Assembly (NCBI GenBank): GCA_951406725.2
Contig: OX597831.1
Span: forward strand, 42,160,001 to 42,224,000
Length of the DNA: 64,000 bases
Source: Octopus vulgaris
Taxonomy: Eukaryota
Reading direction: 5' to 3'
Below are positions 23,421 to 37,299 of this stretch, piece after piece. The first letter of the stretch is position 1, and the number at the start of each line of letters is the position of its first letter. The notes under the pieces are model-generated. The model did not search any database. It was not told the origin of the DNA and saw nothing but the letters and a program-made list of their open reading frames with translations. The position numbers were made by a program, and so were the translations under genes.

Positions 23421-24084
23421 TCACTTACAATCCATTGTAATATGAGTGTTTTTATATATATTTCTTTTCTTTTAAAATTATATGCATTAACTGAACGACT
23501 TAAATTTTAATGCAAATGGCATTTGGGTATTTGGCAAGCAGTATTTGCTGTTTGAGTCACATCGCATGAGTGGGTCCGTATTTCTCTTTCTACCTCAAGA
23601 TTTTAAATTTCTTTCATGATTTAGCTTGAAGACAAAGAGGAGCGCCTGTGACTCTTTTTGCGTTGCCCCCCCCCCCCAAAGACCAACGGGCAGGAGGGTG
23701 GTTGGAGAAGGTATTCCCAAACTAGGGACCTGGTCTGAATGTTAGGAACTGATCAGTCTCTGCTAACATTACCCAAGGACTGAGTAGTGGTGTTAATTGG
23801 CAAGGTGGGAGGTGAGTGGAGTAAATAGTATTAGCGTCCAATGTCCTTTATCTCGTATTTGATTCAGTCATTTGACTGTGGCCATGCTGGGGCACCACTT
23901 TGAAAGGGTTTAGTCAGATTAATTGAACCCAGTACTCATTTTTTAAAAGTTTGTTCTTTATTCTGTCAGCCATTTTTGCTGAACTGCTTAGTTACAGGGA
24001 TGTTTACACACCAACACTGGTTGTCAAGCAGTTGGGGGAGAGTTGACAAACACACACAAACATACATACATATATATATATGTA

Positions 24085-24142
<58 letters not shown>

Positions 24143-24309
24143 TAGGTGTGGCTGTGTGGTAAGAAGCTTGTGTCCCAATCACATGGTTCCAGGTTCAGTC
24201 CTACTCCATGGTACTTTGGCCAAGTGTCTTCTACTATAGCCTTGGGCTGACTAAAACCTTATGAGTGGGTTTGGTAGCTGGAAACTGAAAGAAGCTTGTC
24301 ATATATATA

Positions 24310-24520
24310 TAGGGTGGCCCAAAAGTAGTTTACAGTTATCACGTAGGCACTTTAAATTTCTTTTAAAACATTTTATTACATTTAAATTTCTATCTTATTA
24401 CTAACTAAATTAGCTTAGAATAATGGTTTCATATCTTTTTATAATTAAGATCTAAACTGTTAATATATGAATGCAAAAGAGATAGTTGAATAACTGTAAA
24501 CTTACTTTTGGGCCACCCTG
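24310..24520. mobile_element. Tc1/mariner MITE
   Basis: TIRs (t)agggtggcccaaaagtagtttacagtt / aactgtaaacttacttttgggccaccctg, inserted in (TA)n with TA flanks. Confidence 0.85.
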
Positions 24521-24553
24521 TATATATACATATATATATATATGTATATATAT

Positions 24554-24977
24554 AGAGCGCTAAGAGCACTATCCAAGTGTGATCGTTGCCAGAGCAGCTA
24601 ACTGGCTTCTGTGCTGGTGGCATGTAAAAGGCACCATTCGAGTGTGATCGTTACCAGTGTTGCCTTTACTGGCACTTGTGCTGGTGGCACATGAAAAAAA
24701 ACATTCAAGTGAGGTCGTTGCCAGTGCCACTGGACTGGCTCCTGTGCAGGTGGCACGTAAAAAACACCATTTAAGCATTGCTGTTGCTAGTACCTCCTGA
24801 CTGGCTCTCATGCTGGTGGCATGTAAAAGCACCCACTACACTCTTGGAGTGGTTGGCATTAGGAAGGGCATCCAGCTGTAGAAACTCTGCCAGATCAGAC
24901 TGGAGTCTGGTGCAGTCATCTGGTTCGCCAGTCCTCAGCCAAATCGTCCTAAGTGGACGTTAAACAATGATGACGAT
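24554..24977 (+). mobile_element. RTE 3' UTR (family C) with an internal ~55-65 bp tandem array
   Basis: About four units of gatcgttgccag...actggc...gtgctggtggcatgtaaaa...cacc, then aggaagggcatccagctgtagaaa and a (GAT)n tail. Confidence 0.8.
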
Positions 24978-24978
24978 C

Positions 24979-25211
24979 AAGGCGGCGAGCTGGCAGAAAT
25001 GTTAGCGCGCCGGGCGGAATGCTTAGCGGTATTTCGTCTGTCGTTACGTTCTGAGTTCAAATTCCACCGAGGTCGACTTTGCCTTTCATCCTTCCGGGGT
25101 CGATAAATAAAGTACCAGTTTCGCACTGGGGTCGATGTAATCGGCTTAATCCGTTTGTCTGTCCTTGTTTGTCCCCTCTATGTTTAGCCCCTTGTGGGTA
25201 ATAGAGAAATA
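24979..25211 (+). mobile_element. SINE family B, full length, CpG-intact (young)
   Basis: Near-identical to the 3490-3719 copy. Confidence 0.9.
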
Positions 25212-28200
25212 AAAAAATGATGACGATGTGTGTGTGTGTCTTTGTGTTTGTATTCCCCCCCCCAATCATCACTTGACAACTAATGTTGGTGTGTTTGCAT
25301 TCCTGTAACTTAGTGGTTCAGCAAAATAAGTACTAAGCTTACAAGAAATAAGTCCTGGGGTTTGATTTCTTTGACTAAAAACTCTTTGAGACATTGCTCC
25401 AACATGGTCACTGTCAAATGACTGAAACAAGTAAAAGAATAAAGTAATATACATGACAGGCTTCTTTCAGTTTCCATCTATCAAATCCACTCACAAGGCT
25501 TTGGTTGACCTGTGGATATAGTAGAAGACACTTGCCCAAGTTGCTATACAGTGGGATTGAACCTGGAACCATGTGGTCAGAAAGTAAACTTCTTGCCACA
25601 CAGCCATGCCTGTGCCTATATATATTCTTTTATTCTTTTACTTGTTTCAGTCATCTGACTGCTGCAATACTGGAGCACTGCCTTTAGTTGAACAAATCGA
25701 CCCCAGGGTTTATTCTTTGTGAGTTTAGTACTTATTCTGTCAGTGTCTTTTTCTGAACTACTAAGTCATGGGGATGTAACCACACCAACATCAGTTGTCA
25801 AGCAATGGGGTGGGGACAAACACAGACAGACAGACACACACACAGACTCACACACTATCTTAAAAGCCGCTCCTGTGGAGGGCTCTTCAATAAGCCTTGG
25901 GCCCAACGATGACACTTCATGCATTTTATTAAACTTGAACAATATTTTTCAAGCAATGGACAGTTTTCATCAAAACAATAATATAATTTATTGGCTTGGA
26001 ACTTATTGCAAGGCTGCATGATAAACAACAGTAGCACTACCATCGCCACCACACCTGCCATACACACACCATTCAGACTTCTGACGTCACCACCATCAAT
26101 ACCTTTGACTTCGCTGCCAACATCACCACTGTTTTTCACATCGCTTACTCTCACCATCATCCCTGACTGCCTCAGCTACCACCACCATCATCATCACCAC
26201 TGCCTTCATCTCTATCACAACTGCTGCTCATTCTATTACTATCATCCCATTACCATCAGTGTTCAGTATGTTGGTTCAGTGTTCAGTCCCTCTTTCTCTT
26301 ACATATCCTCTCTTTCTCTCTCTCTTATTATTACTCCCACTGCCACCATCAACACTACTACTTTTAATAAAACATCATCAGCTCTCCCTAAATTTCTTTG
26401 TCTCTCTTTTCCTCTCTTTTTATTTCTTTCTCTGTCTTCACCACCACCCTCACCGTCTCTGTGCCGACTACTACTCTCAGCCCAGCATGAGCGATAGTAG
26501 AAGTATCATTGAATTGTGAGAGATGGGGGTCAAAGTGTGACATATCGATACACAGAAATTAGTTTTCGCTTTTATTATATTAGATATATATGTACGATGG
26601 GCTTCTTTCAGTTTCCGTCTATCAAATCTACTTGCAAGCTTGAGTCTGTAGTAGAAGACACTTACCCATGGTGCCACCCAATGGGACTGAACCTGGAATC
26701 CAAAACCATGCAGTTGCAAAGCTAGATTGTTAACCACACGACCGTGCGTGCACTTACATCAAGAGGAAAGAAATACAAAAAAAAAAAAATAAATAAAATA
26801 AATAAATAGTTGCTCTTGAAATATTAAGTAGTTATGGTGTCAAGACAATGAGACAACTTAAATTGCTGCTGAAGTGGTGCTGACTATTCTAACAACCCTC
26901 TTCCTTTTTACTTTCTCCTCACTTACTCCCATCTCTGCTAATACTGAACATATAGTGACTAAATTTGACATATTCTACAGATTTTGTTAATTCTATGCAT
27001 GGAAACGAACATCTCTTCCTAACTCTTTCAGCTTATTTCTCCGTAATAATGTTGCTAAGAAAATTTTGTTGTGAAGTTGTTAAATCGTCCCTTGATTCAT
27101 CAAAGAAATTAATAGCGGTATGGAAAGGTAAATGCTATGGCATAGGTAGTTGTATTTGTTTAGCCCCAGGTTGACCCTGTACAAGCAGACATATGATCAA
27201 AAGTATTTCAGCCATGACCATCCTGTCTTTTTTCGATGTGCAAAGAAACAAGGATTGCATTATCCTTTAAAAGAGTAATATGTAATTTGAGGGTAATTTG
27301 TTTGTATTTCTGGATATTAAAACAAGGTTAATGATAATATATATATATATATATATTATGTTATATCATATTATATTATATTATATATATCATCATCATC
27401 TGCTTTCCATGCTAGCATGGGTTGGGTGCAGACATAGCTGTGTGGTAAGAAGCTTGCTTCCCAACCACATGCTTTTGGGTTCAGTCTCACTGTGTGGCAC
27501 CTTGGGCAAATGCCTTTTACTATAGTCTCAGGCCAACCAAAGCCTTGTTAGTGGATCTGGTAGATGGAAACTGAAAGAAACACTTCATGTATATGTATAA
27601 TATATATATAATGGTTTCTACAGCTGGATACCCTTCCTTCCTAATACCAACCACTTTATAGAGTGTACCGAATGCTTTTTAAGTGGCACCATTACCAGTG
27701 ATCTTTATGTGGCACTAGTGCCAGTGTTTTTTTCATGACACCTTGGTTTTAGGATATTAATTCTGTTATGGTGGCCAGGTTTTCTTGAGTATAACAATGC
27801 ACCACATATCTTGGTCCTCCACATATCTCTTTAATCAAAACTTTTTCATGGGCCCTTAATATACTGCGGTGGTTCCCCAATTTACTATTTTGCTTGTGTG
27901 GACCCCAACATCCTTATATGGGATCATGTGGATCTTGGTTGAGAACCACTGGTCTACATTAAACTTCCCAGTTTAGGAGTGTGACCTACAAAGGTAGTGC
28001 GCATTGACCCATTCCCATGACTAATTTATTAGAAATACACCCTGCCTCCCAAACCCAAGTTCATATCTTCCCTGTATAAATTAGAAAACATGAGGGAGGT
28101 TAATTAGTAGAATTTTTAAAGCATCACTCAAAATGCCTTGTGGTATGCAGTTATAACACTTTATGTTTTGTGTTCATATTGAGAACTCAAGTTGCTGACA

Positions 28201-29167
28201 GAATAAAGTACCACTCAAATGCTTGGGCCAGTTTAATTGATCAGCACCTCTCTCCAAATCTGTGGTCTTGTGCCAATCTTAGAAATCAGTATTTTTGAGG
28301 AAATGTCTACAATATTTATATTTTTAATGTTGCTACTCTCTGCCAGTGAAATTTGCCCTGTATAGGTTGAAAGTTGAAGCTGCAATCTCATAATTGGACT
28401 ACAATCTCATAGATTGTGAGTTCAAATGTGCTGTAGGAATTTTGTATTTCTAGGCAAATTATTGTCTTCATTCTACATTGCATCAATCTGCTTTTGTGAT
28501 GAGGATGCACACCAGATTACTTTGCTAAATTACATGTAATGACAGACCAACCCTGTGTGCCATTTATCTATTATGTCATGAAACCTATAGCTAAATATTG
28601 GCCCTTAAAAATTCTCTTGCACTCAAAGGGTTTTTATAAATTTGTTTTATTCACTGGATATGAATTTCTGGCTTTGAAATTGTTAAAGTATTGGGTATCT
28701 CGTTTATGTCCCTATTAACTCCACAAATTGCAGCTCTTATTATGGATCCTGACATAAAAACAGACGAATTCTTCAGTGGATATTGACCCCCTATCCCTAT
28801 AGATTGCGAAATTTTGATTGTTTTGTTCTTTGTACTGTAAGATTCCAGTGTCCCCATTCACAGTCATCTTCAATTGTGAATAATCTTCAGACAGATTTGT
28901 GTAATGACCCTTTGTTACTTTAAACAGCTAAGAGAACAATATTGTTGGTATTTTTTCTTTACATGACGTTAGGGAGGGCATCCAGCTGTAGAGAGTATGT
29001 CAAAGAAGACAGCAGAGTTTGGTTCAGTCTTCTGACTTACCAGTTCCAGTTTAACCATCCTACTCATGCTAGTGTGGAAAATGGACATTAAACGATAATG
29101 ATGGTGACATCCTACTGTTGTTTATTCTGATATAAGCTATACTTTATGATCAAATGTTTGTTAGATT

Positions 29168-29556
29168 TACACTTTTACTTGTTTCAGTCATTTGACTGTG
29201 GCCATGCTGGAGCACCACCTTTAGTTGAGCACATCAACCCCCAGGACTTATTCTTTGTAAGCCTGGTACTTATTCTATTGGTTTCTTTTGCTGAACCGCT
29301 AAGTTACGGGGATGTAAACACAACAGCATCAGTTGTCAAACGATGCTGGGGGTGGGGGGGGGGCACAAACACACACACACACACACATACATACGATGGG
29401 CTTCTTTCAGTTTACGTCTACCAAATCCACTCACAAAGCTTTGGTTGGCCTGAGGCTATAGTAGAAGACACTCGCCCAAGGTGCCACGCAGTGGGACTGA
29501 ACCCAGAACCATGTAGTTAGTAAGCAAGCTACTTACCACACAGTCATTCCTACGTC
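29168..29556 (-). mobile_element. SINE family A, full length
   Basis: Reverse complement of the family A consensus. Confidence 0.9.
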
Positions 29557-29570
29557 TATGGACACATTAT

Positions 29571-29990
29571 TTAACCATTTTGATACCACCTTGCCTGAGA
29601 TCATCCTTGGTTCTAGGGTACAAGCTTCCTGTTTTAAATTGATCTAAATGAAAACCTTACAATAAAATGTCATGTTAATTTATGTCTCAAACATAAGCTT
29701 AATCATTTTGGTACCAACCTGTTCAAACCACCACTGATTCTCTGTGACAGATTCTCCTACTTTAGAGTGATCTGAGCTAAAATTTTCTATTAAAATTTAA
29801 TAATGATAGCATTATTTTACCAAAGTCTTCATTTTTTCAAATCAATTTAAACAAAGAGGTGTATTTCAAGAAAAATGTGGTTAACAAAAGAATTGAAAAT
29901 TCCAGTCATTTCACTAAATTCTTCATTTCCAAACTTACTTTAAACAAAAGCAGTATATTTCAATAAAAATATGGTAATGAATGGGTTTAT
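29571..29990. mobile_element. piggyBac-type MITE (degenerate)
   Basis: Starts TTAAccattttgatacc and ends ggtaatgaatgggttta, with an internal duplicated segment. Confidence 0.4.
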
Positions 29991-30015
29991 AAACACTCAT
30001 CTATAGATAGATGTA

Positions 30016-30340
30016 GGTGCATGGCTCAGTGGTTAGAATGTCGGGCTCACAATCATGAGGTAGTGAGTTCAATTTCCAGACTGCGCTGTGTGTTGTGTTC
30101 TTGAGCAAGACACTTTATTTCATGTTGCTCCAGCTCACTCAGATGTAGAAATGAATTGCAACATCACTGGTGCCAAGCTGTATCAACCTTTGCCTTTCCC
30201 TTGGATTACAATGGAGAGAGGAGGCTGGTATGCATGGCCGACTGCTGTTCTTCCATGAATAACCTTGCCCGGACTTGTGCCTTGGAGGGGAACTTCCTAG
30301 GTGTGATCCCATGATTATTCATGACCGAAGGGATCCTTAC
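30016..30340 (+). mobile_element. tRNA-derived SINE family D
   Basis: A box tggctcagtggttag, B box gagttcaatttcc, core gtgttcttgagcaagacactttatttc. Related heads lie at 36820-37140 and 56255-56530, and a minus-strand copy at ~31760-32060. Confidence 0.75.
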
Positions 30341-30838
30341 TTTATAGTGTTAAAATATGGAATCTGCTTATACCACAATTGGTTCATAGGGGACTAGATG
30401 TATTGCAAGTATTCAGGTCAGCCTCCAGTCTTAAAATAACTCCCTTCATTCATCCTATCTGTGAAAGAACTCTTGAAATGGGTCATATGCACTGCCTTTT
30501 TGCCTCTAACTATGGCATTGTTAAAAATAGAGGGCTTTAACTTTTGGTTTCTGTAATTTTATCCAAATGTAAGATAAATGTTCTCTGGTTATAATGTTAT
30601 TCTGTCATAACTTTCTCAGAGGAATTATTGCTTATTACCCCCTGGTAATTAAAGTAAAATGCAGTATCCAAAATTCACAGCTCACTTGCTGAATATGATG
30701 CTTCAAATAGGAAACATGTTGCTTAAGGTCACAATGTCTCATCTTGTGGAGGAATTGAAATCATAACGTTACGATTGTGAGCCTGGCACTCTAAATACTT
30801 GGTTGTGTACCTTCTCTCTCTCTCATACACGCACACGC

Positions 30839-30898
<60 letters not shown>

Positions 30899-33429
30899 TG
30901 GGTGTACCAGCAAAATTGTTATGCTCACAAATTCTTAAAACCATTAGACTAATTGATTTGCAATTATACATACACACATGCACACACACTCCTTTCATTA
31001 CCCCTTGGCTCCATGTGACCACTCCTACCTTCTTTTCTAAAACGTGAGTATTTGTATAGTTCCTCTACAGCAGGAAACCTGTTCAGCTCTGGCCCCTTCT
31101 CTCATACTTTTACCCATCTTTTGCCTCCTCCCCCCATCTCCTAGCATAAAGCTGCTCTGTTTGGCTTAGTAGTCTTACAAACTGCATGACAACTTCACTA
31201 GTGCTGGTGGCACGAAAAATGCACCCATTCCATGCTTGTAAAGTGGTTGTCATTAGGAAGGACATCCAAGCATAAAAACCATGTCAATGCAGACACTAGT
31301 GTATGGTGTAGTCCTTAGGACTATCAGATACTGTTAACCCATGTTACATGCTGGCATGGGTATTAAATGATGATGATGACTCGCTGAGAGAGATGCTTAT
31401 GGTTTTCAATGTCCTTTATATGGTATATGATTAAATTGCTTTTTAAAGTTGCTACTCACCTTTTGATCTTCTTTGGTTTAATGCCATGTTTCTTTGTTAA
31501 GCTCCATTGATATATTTACAACGCAGCATCTTCCTGACGTATGCTTTAATCTTACGCCATCTAACACGATCTAACCATGCCTTACCAGACTGTCTGTGAA
31601 TTGTTTTTATTCCCTTTCTCATAATATTTCACCGTCCCTCTGCACTACAGCTGCATTTCATGTGATCTAATGAGAATGAAGAAGCCTTTATGTGGTCACG
31701 TAGTCTGCTTGAAATTGCAGCCAAATCTCAACATACATTGGATAATAGTGGGGGTACTCTGTTGGTTATGATGAGGAATGTTCCAGTTGATTTGATTGAG
31801 AGAACAGCCTGCTTGTGTGATTAACATGCATATGGCTGAGCACTTCTCAGACTTGCAAACCCTTAACATGGTTCGGTTCTCAGGGAGATTCAGAGTGACA
31901 CAACGAATGTGATAAGGCTGGCCTATTGAACTACAGGTAGCAATCAATTTTGCCAGCTGAGTGGTCAGGAGCAACATGTCTTGCTCAAGGACATAATTGC
32001 ACGGTTGGAAATTGAACTCATGACCTAATGATTATGAACTGAACACACTAAACACTAAGTCCTAGAAATCTGTCAAAGATGGGTTTTTCATGTTTTAGGT
32101 TATGTTTGCTCACTCAAGGTTGACCTTGGGCTAAATAGCAATATATTCATAACAATGTATTAACCAAAGTGCCCAGTTCCTCTGAGGGTGTTTCTATACC
32201 AACTAGCCCATTGCTGACTATACATATTATATTGAAAATTAATTGGCCACTTATGGGCTTCTAATAATTTTCGATATCAAATCAAGATCTTGACAGGATT
32301 CTGTAAATCTGCAATTTAACAAACTGGTGGTGTTGACCAATTAAAATTTCAGGTAATGAGAGTTTGATGGAAATTTTAATTTAAATCCATGAGCACTTTA
32401 CTACTGGCAGTTTCAGGTTGGTTGGTAATAAAAAGGTTAAATTTCTATTGCTAGTAACAACTAATAAAATCTGTAGGGTTCAGTTTATTAGTTTGATTCT
32501 GGTCCCCTTAAATTCTGGATTTACTTGTATTGGTCAATCAAGCCCTTGCTGTCTACTTTCTAAATGTAGATATTTTAGATATATTCAAGAATATTGGCTA
32601 TAAAGGAAAAACAAAAAAAAAAAAATCAGCTCATTTATAATTGATGATCAAACAATTTTTTGCTGCTGGAGGCCATCCTAACTTATATGAATTTAACATC
32701 TTGGCTAATCATTAAATGAACAAATATAGCACAGTGGCCAGGTACAATGGATCAATAGCAAGACATCAAAATACTAAATAATGAATCAACCAATAAAAAA
32801 CGTACAGAACACAACTGCTGAAGGTAACTGGTTGCTATGGATGGAACAGAAAGTAACAATAGTTACAGAGACTCCCTTTTTGTATTTTGGTTTGTGGCTG
32901 GCGGTGGCGTATATAACTTGGGGGTAAAAGACATTTCCATTGTTGGACATCATTGAAGATTGTTTATTGAACAAAGAGGTTTTCTATGAATGTTGCTCAA
33001 TTTGTTGAAATGAGTCTCTTATAAGATTGCCAAGCAAACAAGACCAAGAATATTTTCGCAAGGTTTCCTGCTGGAAGACTGAATTTAATTTGTTCAGAAC
33101 TTTTGGAATTAGCGAAAAAAACCCCGAAAAACAAAAAAAAAAAACATAGGTTCTAATTTGAGAGAGATTTAACCTGCATTTTCTAATAGTTTGAGTGACT
33201 ATGTTGTTGTTTTTAGATAGAGGAAGTTGTTTTAATGTTACAGAAACATGAGTTAAGCACTACTGATGTGGTCTTTGCTTTTCATCCTTCTGAGATTAAT
33301 GAAATAAAGTACCAGTCAAATGCTAGGGTTGATTTACAATTACTTAAAGTATCATACATGTGATTGAAATTATAATAGGAGGTTGTGACTGAGAGTCACT
33401 TCGTAAAACATTATTTTTAAAAATCAGTG

Positions 33430-34800
33430 TAAGTTAGTCAAAGGAGGCTGGAGAAGTACTCAAGACCTTCAGAACTTCTCCAAGACCGGTGGGGTTGATA
33501 TTTAGTTTCCATTTCTGTAGATTGACATCTGCAGGAAAAAATGTCTGGAGAGAAGTGAGATGTAGTTTTGGGAAGGAGCTACTGGTAAAAGTGCTAGAAG
33601 CAAGAGCTATGATGTTAGACATTGCAAAAATGACAAGAGGAGGATAGAGATAATGTATTTGTTGGATGGAGAGGGTTTTCAGCTTTGTAGTTCAGTGGAG
33701 CAGAGGCCATTGTAGAAGAACCTATGTATGTCTGAGCTAGTTATGAGTTAGTCTTTACTAATCACCAAAATGATTATGTTTTGGTTGTGGTCTAAGAGTT
33801 CTTTTAGTAGCATCACCCTCCAGATTATGTGAGTGTTACTTGTGCTTTGTTAGGGATCAGACTCCGATCCTGCTGAATTATTGTTTGGACCTTTATATGA
33901 AGCCTAATCTCAGGAGAGGTCATTTGCAATTGTGGGGTCCAGCTTTTCTAATAACTTTGAAGTCTTTCAATTGTGAGTTGTTCTGTTCAGATATAGGTGA
34001 GGTGAAGATCAAGACACTTTGATACGTGGAACGATTTGGTCTTTGTTCTGGCTCAAGGTGTCTGTCTAGGTTGTGTATAGATGATGACTGTGTGCTGAAG
34101 GTTATGATGTGTGGTTAGTAGTCACAGCAAGCTGATGAGATGATAAAATGTAAGTTGGTGAGAGCTCTCTCAGTACACACTGCAATTGAACAGTCTGATG
34201 AGAAACTCCCAATCCAAGAGAGGAGTCAGATGCAGGAAAACCTGAACTTTTCAGTTTAGTTTGGGAGGTTTTATGACAAATATGGACAAAGGCTTGTTAA
34301 TGAAGTTGAGGGCGAGATATTACTGCTGCATGATGTAGGGGAGCAAAATAAGTTTCCTGTAGACCTGAGAGTGCTACTTTAGCATGTGGCCTACCATGGT
34401 GTCCATAGTTTACACTGTGAAATGACCTGTTTGGGTCAAGATTAGAGTTGGGGGTTAGGTTAGGGTTGAAGTTAGGGTTCGACTGTATGCTAAAGTGTAA
34501 TGCTCAGGTAGACTACATGCTAAAGTGTAAATGGCCAGGCAGGTTATATGCTAAAGTGGCACTGATCTGGCTCTAGACAAAACTGTAATTGTCGTGGTCA
34601 TTGAGGAGATATAAAGAGAGAGACTGAAGGTGATGAATGAGGTATCGTTTACGACTGTCTGTATAACCTTTGTGGTTTGTAAATGAGTTAATTATAACTA
34701 ATGTAACACTGTAATTGATTACTGCTCTCATTCTGCCTAAAAGATGACTTGTAGGCACTCTAAGGAATTAGTTGCCAAGCTTGCCCAGCAACGGAAAGTG
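33430..34800 (-). pseudogene. Highly degraded CR1/L2-group LINE ORF2 remnant
   Basis: Minus strand 34320-34170, read across frameshifts, gives approximately ALNF..KAFVHICHK...KLKSSGFPAS..LSWIGSFSSDCSIAV. This resembles the RT segment ALDISKAFDRVWH...SWISSFLSDRSI. Confidence 0.5.
34370..34563. mobile_element. MITE with 18-bp TIRs, subterminal repeats and an internal TTAGGG-like tract
   Basis: TIRs agtgctactttagcatgt / atatgctaaagtggcact, three copies of atgctaaagtg near the right end, and internal gggttaggttagggttgaagttaggg. Confidence 0.65.
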
Positions 34801-36161
34801 GAATGAGAATGAATGACAGAAATTAGGTCAGTAAGCCTTTAATTGATGTCAGTAGCAAAATATGGACTGAGACTGAACGATGTTGATGAGATAAGGTGAT
34901 TAAGCATATAGCTCAGGGTGCAGAATTGTTAACGAAGGACAAGATTAACGGAGAAAAGACAGTAAAGTTGATCCATTTAACTAATGTTTAGCCTGGAAAA
35001 TTACAACTCAAAATTCATTAATGGTGTGCCAACTGATTCTCATAAATGAATATTTATTTATTAGGACAGAACTTTCTCATGATTAATGAATAATTAGTTT
35101 TTGTAATTAGGTTTTTCAGTCAAAGAAAGGTTATTGTATTTTATCAGCATAGCTTAAAAAAAAATAATAAAAGAAAAGAGAAAACACCCACACACGAAAA
35201 GAAAAACATACAAAAAGAAACAGGAAACCTCAGAACGTTTTGTTTACTTTATATTTTGAGTGATTATGTATGTATATCAGTAGATAATACTTTAGTTTTT
35301 ACAATCATTAAGCATTTCTGTGTCCCTGAAGATGTCTTTTAATTACAATTGTTACAACTTCTAAATGATTTTTCCTGTAGCTGTTGACTCAGTGATGTTC
35401 AAATATGTATGTCAGCCATATCTGTTTCACTAGACTTGGTGGTTCTGTGATGGTTGTGGGCATCGTTCCTTCTAATAATGCCATTAAAAATAAAAATAAA
35501 AAAACATCCCTCCTCCCATAGTTTGCTGAGTTTAGTTATTGTCAAGCTCTTTTCACACTCTTGTGAACTTAACTACTCACCTACCCTTTCTGATCCTCTA
35601 TCCCCATTCTCTTGCCCTTATACCTTGAGGGTACATCCTTACTGTTTCTTCTCTTTTTCCAGCAGAGAAAGCTAAGTATAACCTCTTCAGCAAGACATCT
35701 GTTCTTGTCCTTTCTATCATACTTTAACTTCTCATTACCTGGCATTAACTTCTCATTAACTGCCCTGAATACTATATCCCCACTTCAGTCAAGGGTTCTC
35801 ACCCAATAAGTTACTTAGTGATCTCACTTGTGTCAGTGCCCTGAAAAAAAAAAAAAAGCACTCAGTACCCTCTGTAAAATGGTTGGCATTAGGAAGGGCA
35901 TCCATCCATAGAAACCATGTTAAAACAGGACATTGGAGTTCAGTGTAATCTTCTGGTTTGTCGGTTCTTGTCAAACTGTCCACTCTTCACAAGTATGGAA
36001 AACAGACGTTTTCTATGCTTGTGTAGTTTCTTGCTACTACTTGTTTTTGCCTGTTGACCCTGCATACCCAAAGGCAAGAAACTGACTTGACCAAACTAAA
36101 AATATTGTGAATCTCTACTATGGTATTGAGTACTCTTTTTTTCTGACAGTCATCACTAAGC

Positions 36162-36200
<39 letters not shown>

Positions 36201-37299
36201 TGTATGTGCGTTATGTTTGTATATGTGTATTTATGAGAGAGAGAGTGTGTGTGTGTGTGTGTGTATACAACATACACACACGTATACATAAAAGATATCA
36301 TTTTTGTTGTTAATTAATGCTTTGATTTAATTCTTATCTAACATGCTGTATACTTGTCTGTTAGTCATATGTAGGTCAGACAACACGATGTACAAAAACC
36401 AATAGTCTCAAAGTGTGTTTAGAGGTCTGACCATACATCGATGGATTAAGCTACTTACAACACTGCTAGTTTTCACAGCTATTGTGAACAACTACTGAAC
36501 AAGACTTACTTGTATAACACTGTTTTCTTCTTTCATTTAGCATCATTTCTTTTCATTAAACTGTTTTGCATAAAGTAGATGTGTTGGTACTGTTATTAGA
36601 GTACTAACAAAATACTTTGTTTTTTTTCTTTTGTGTGTGTTTGTGTGCATAGAAAAATAATTTACTTTAACCCTTTAAGAGTAAGAATGGAATGGGGAGG
36701 TGTTCTTTGAGCTTTTATTTCTGCTAGTGACAACAACAAAGGTGTTATATCTCCCTGTGAAATGCAAAGTTTAGGATACATGTTGAATGATGTATGATAT
36801 CACATGGCAGCCTTCTATGAAGGTGTTTGGTTCAATGGTTAGGGTATTCAGCTCATGGGGTTTTATGGTTGTGAGTTTGATTCCAGGCAGTGTGATGAGT
36901 CCTCAATCAAGACACTTTACTCTATGTTGCGCCAGTCCACTCAGCTGGCAAAAATGAGCTGTACCTGTAACTCAAAAGGCCAGCCATATCACATTCTGTG
37001 TCATGCTGAATCCCCCTTGAACTATGTTAAAGGTAAGTATGCTTGGAGTGCTCAGCCACTAGCACGTTGATTTCACAAGCAGGCTGTTCCATTGGTTAGA
37101 TCAATTGAAACACTCATTGTCATAACTGATGGAGTGCCAGTCCATATGGCAGCGAAATATGGGTGTTGTATATAGAGGATGTGAATGAGTATTGGTCAGG
37201 ATATTTCACTCACGGTCATAAGTTTCTGGTTTCAGTTCTGGTACCAGGTAGTGTATTAGGTTCTTGAGCAAAACACTTCATGTTGTTTCTGTCTATTTA

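Noticed and set aside
21941-23510. Long His/Thr/Tyr/Ile-rich ORFs (130-348 aa)
   Set aside because: They are translations of a CA/TA/CT minisatellite, open in several frames, with no domain structure.
24554-24830. CRISPR-like repeat-spacer pattern
   Set aside because: The spacers are homologous to each other, the context is a eukaryotic LINE 3' UTR, and no cas genes are present.
25991-26497. 168-aa Thr/Ser/His-rich ORF
   Set aside because: Low-complexity (CAC/CAT/CT)-rich DNA with no splice or domain evidence.
28673-28696. FEIVKVLG, resembling kinase subdomain I
   Set aside because: No GxGxxG loop follows, stops are nearby, and there are no convincing splice sites.
34440-34480. Telomere or chromosome-fusion scar
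   Set aside because: Only a few degenerate TTAGGG units, located inside a MITE.
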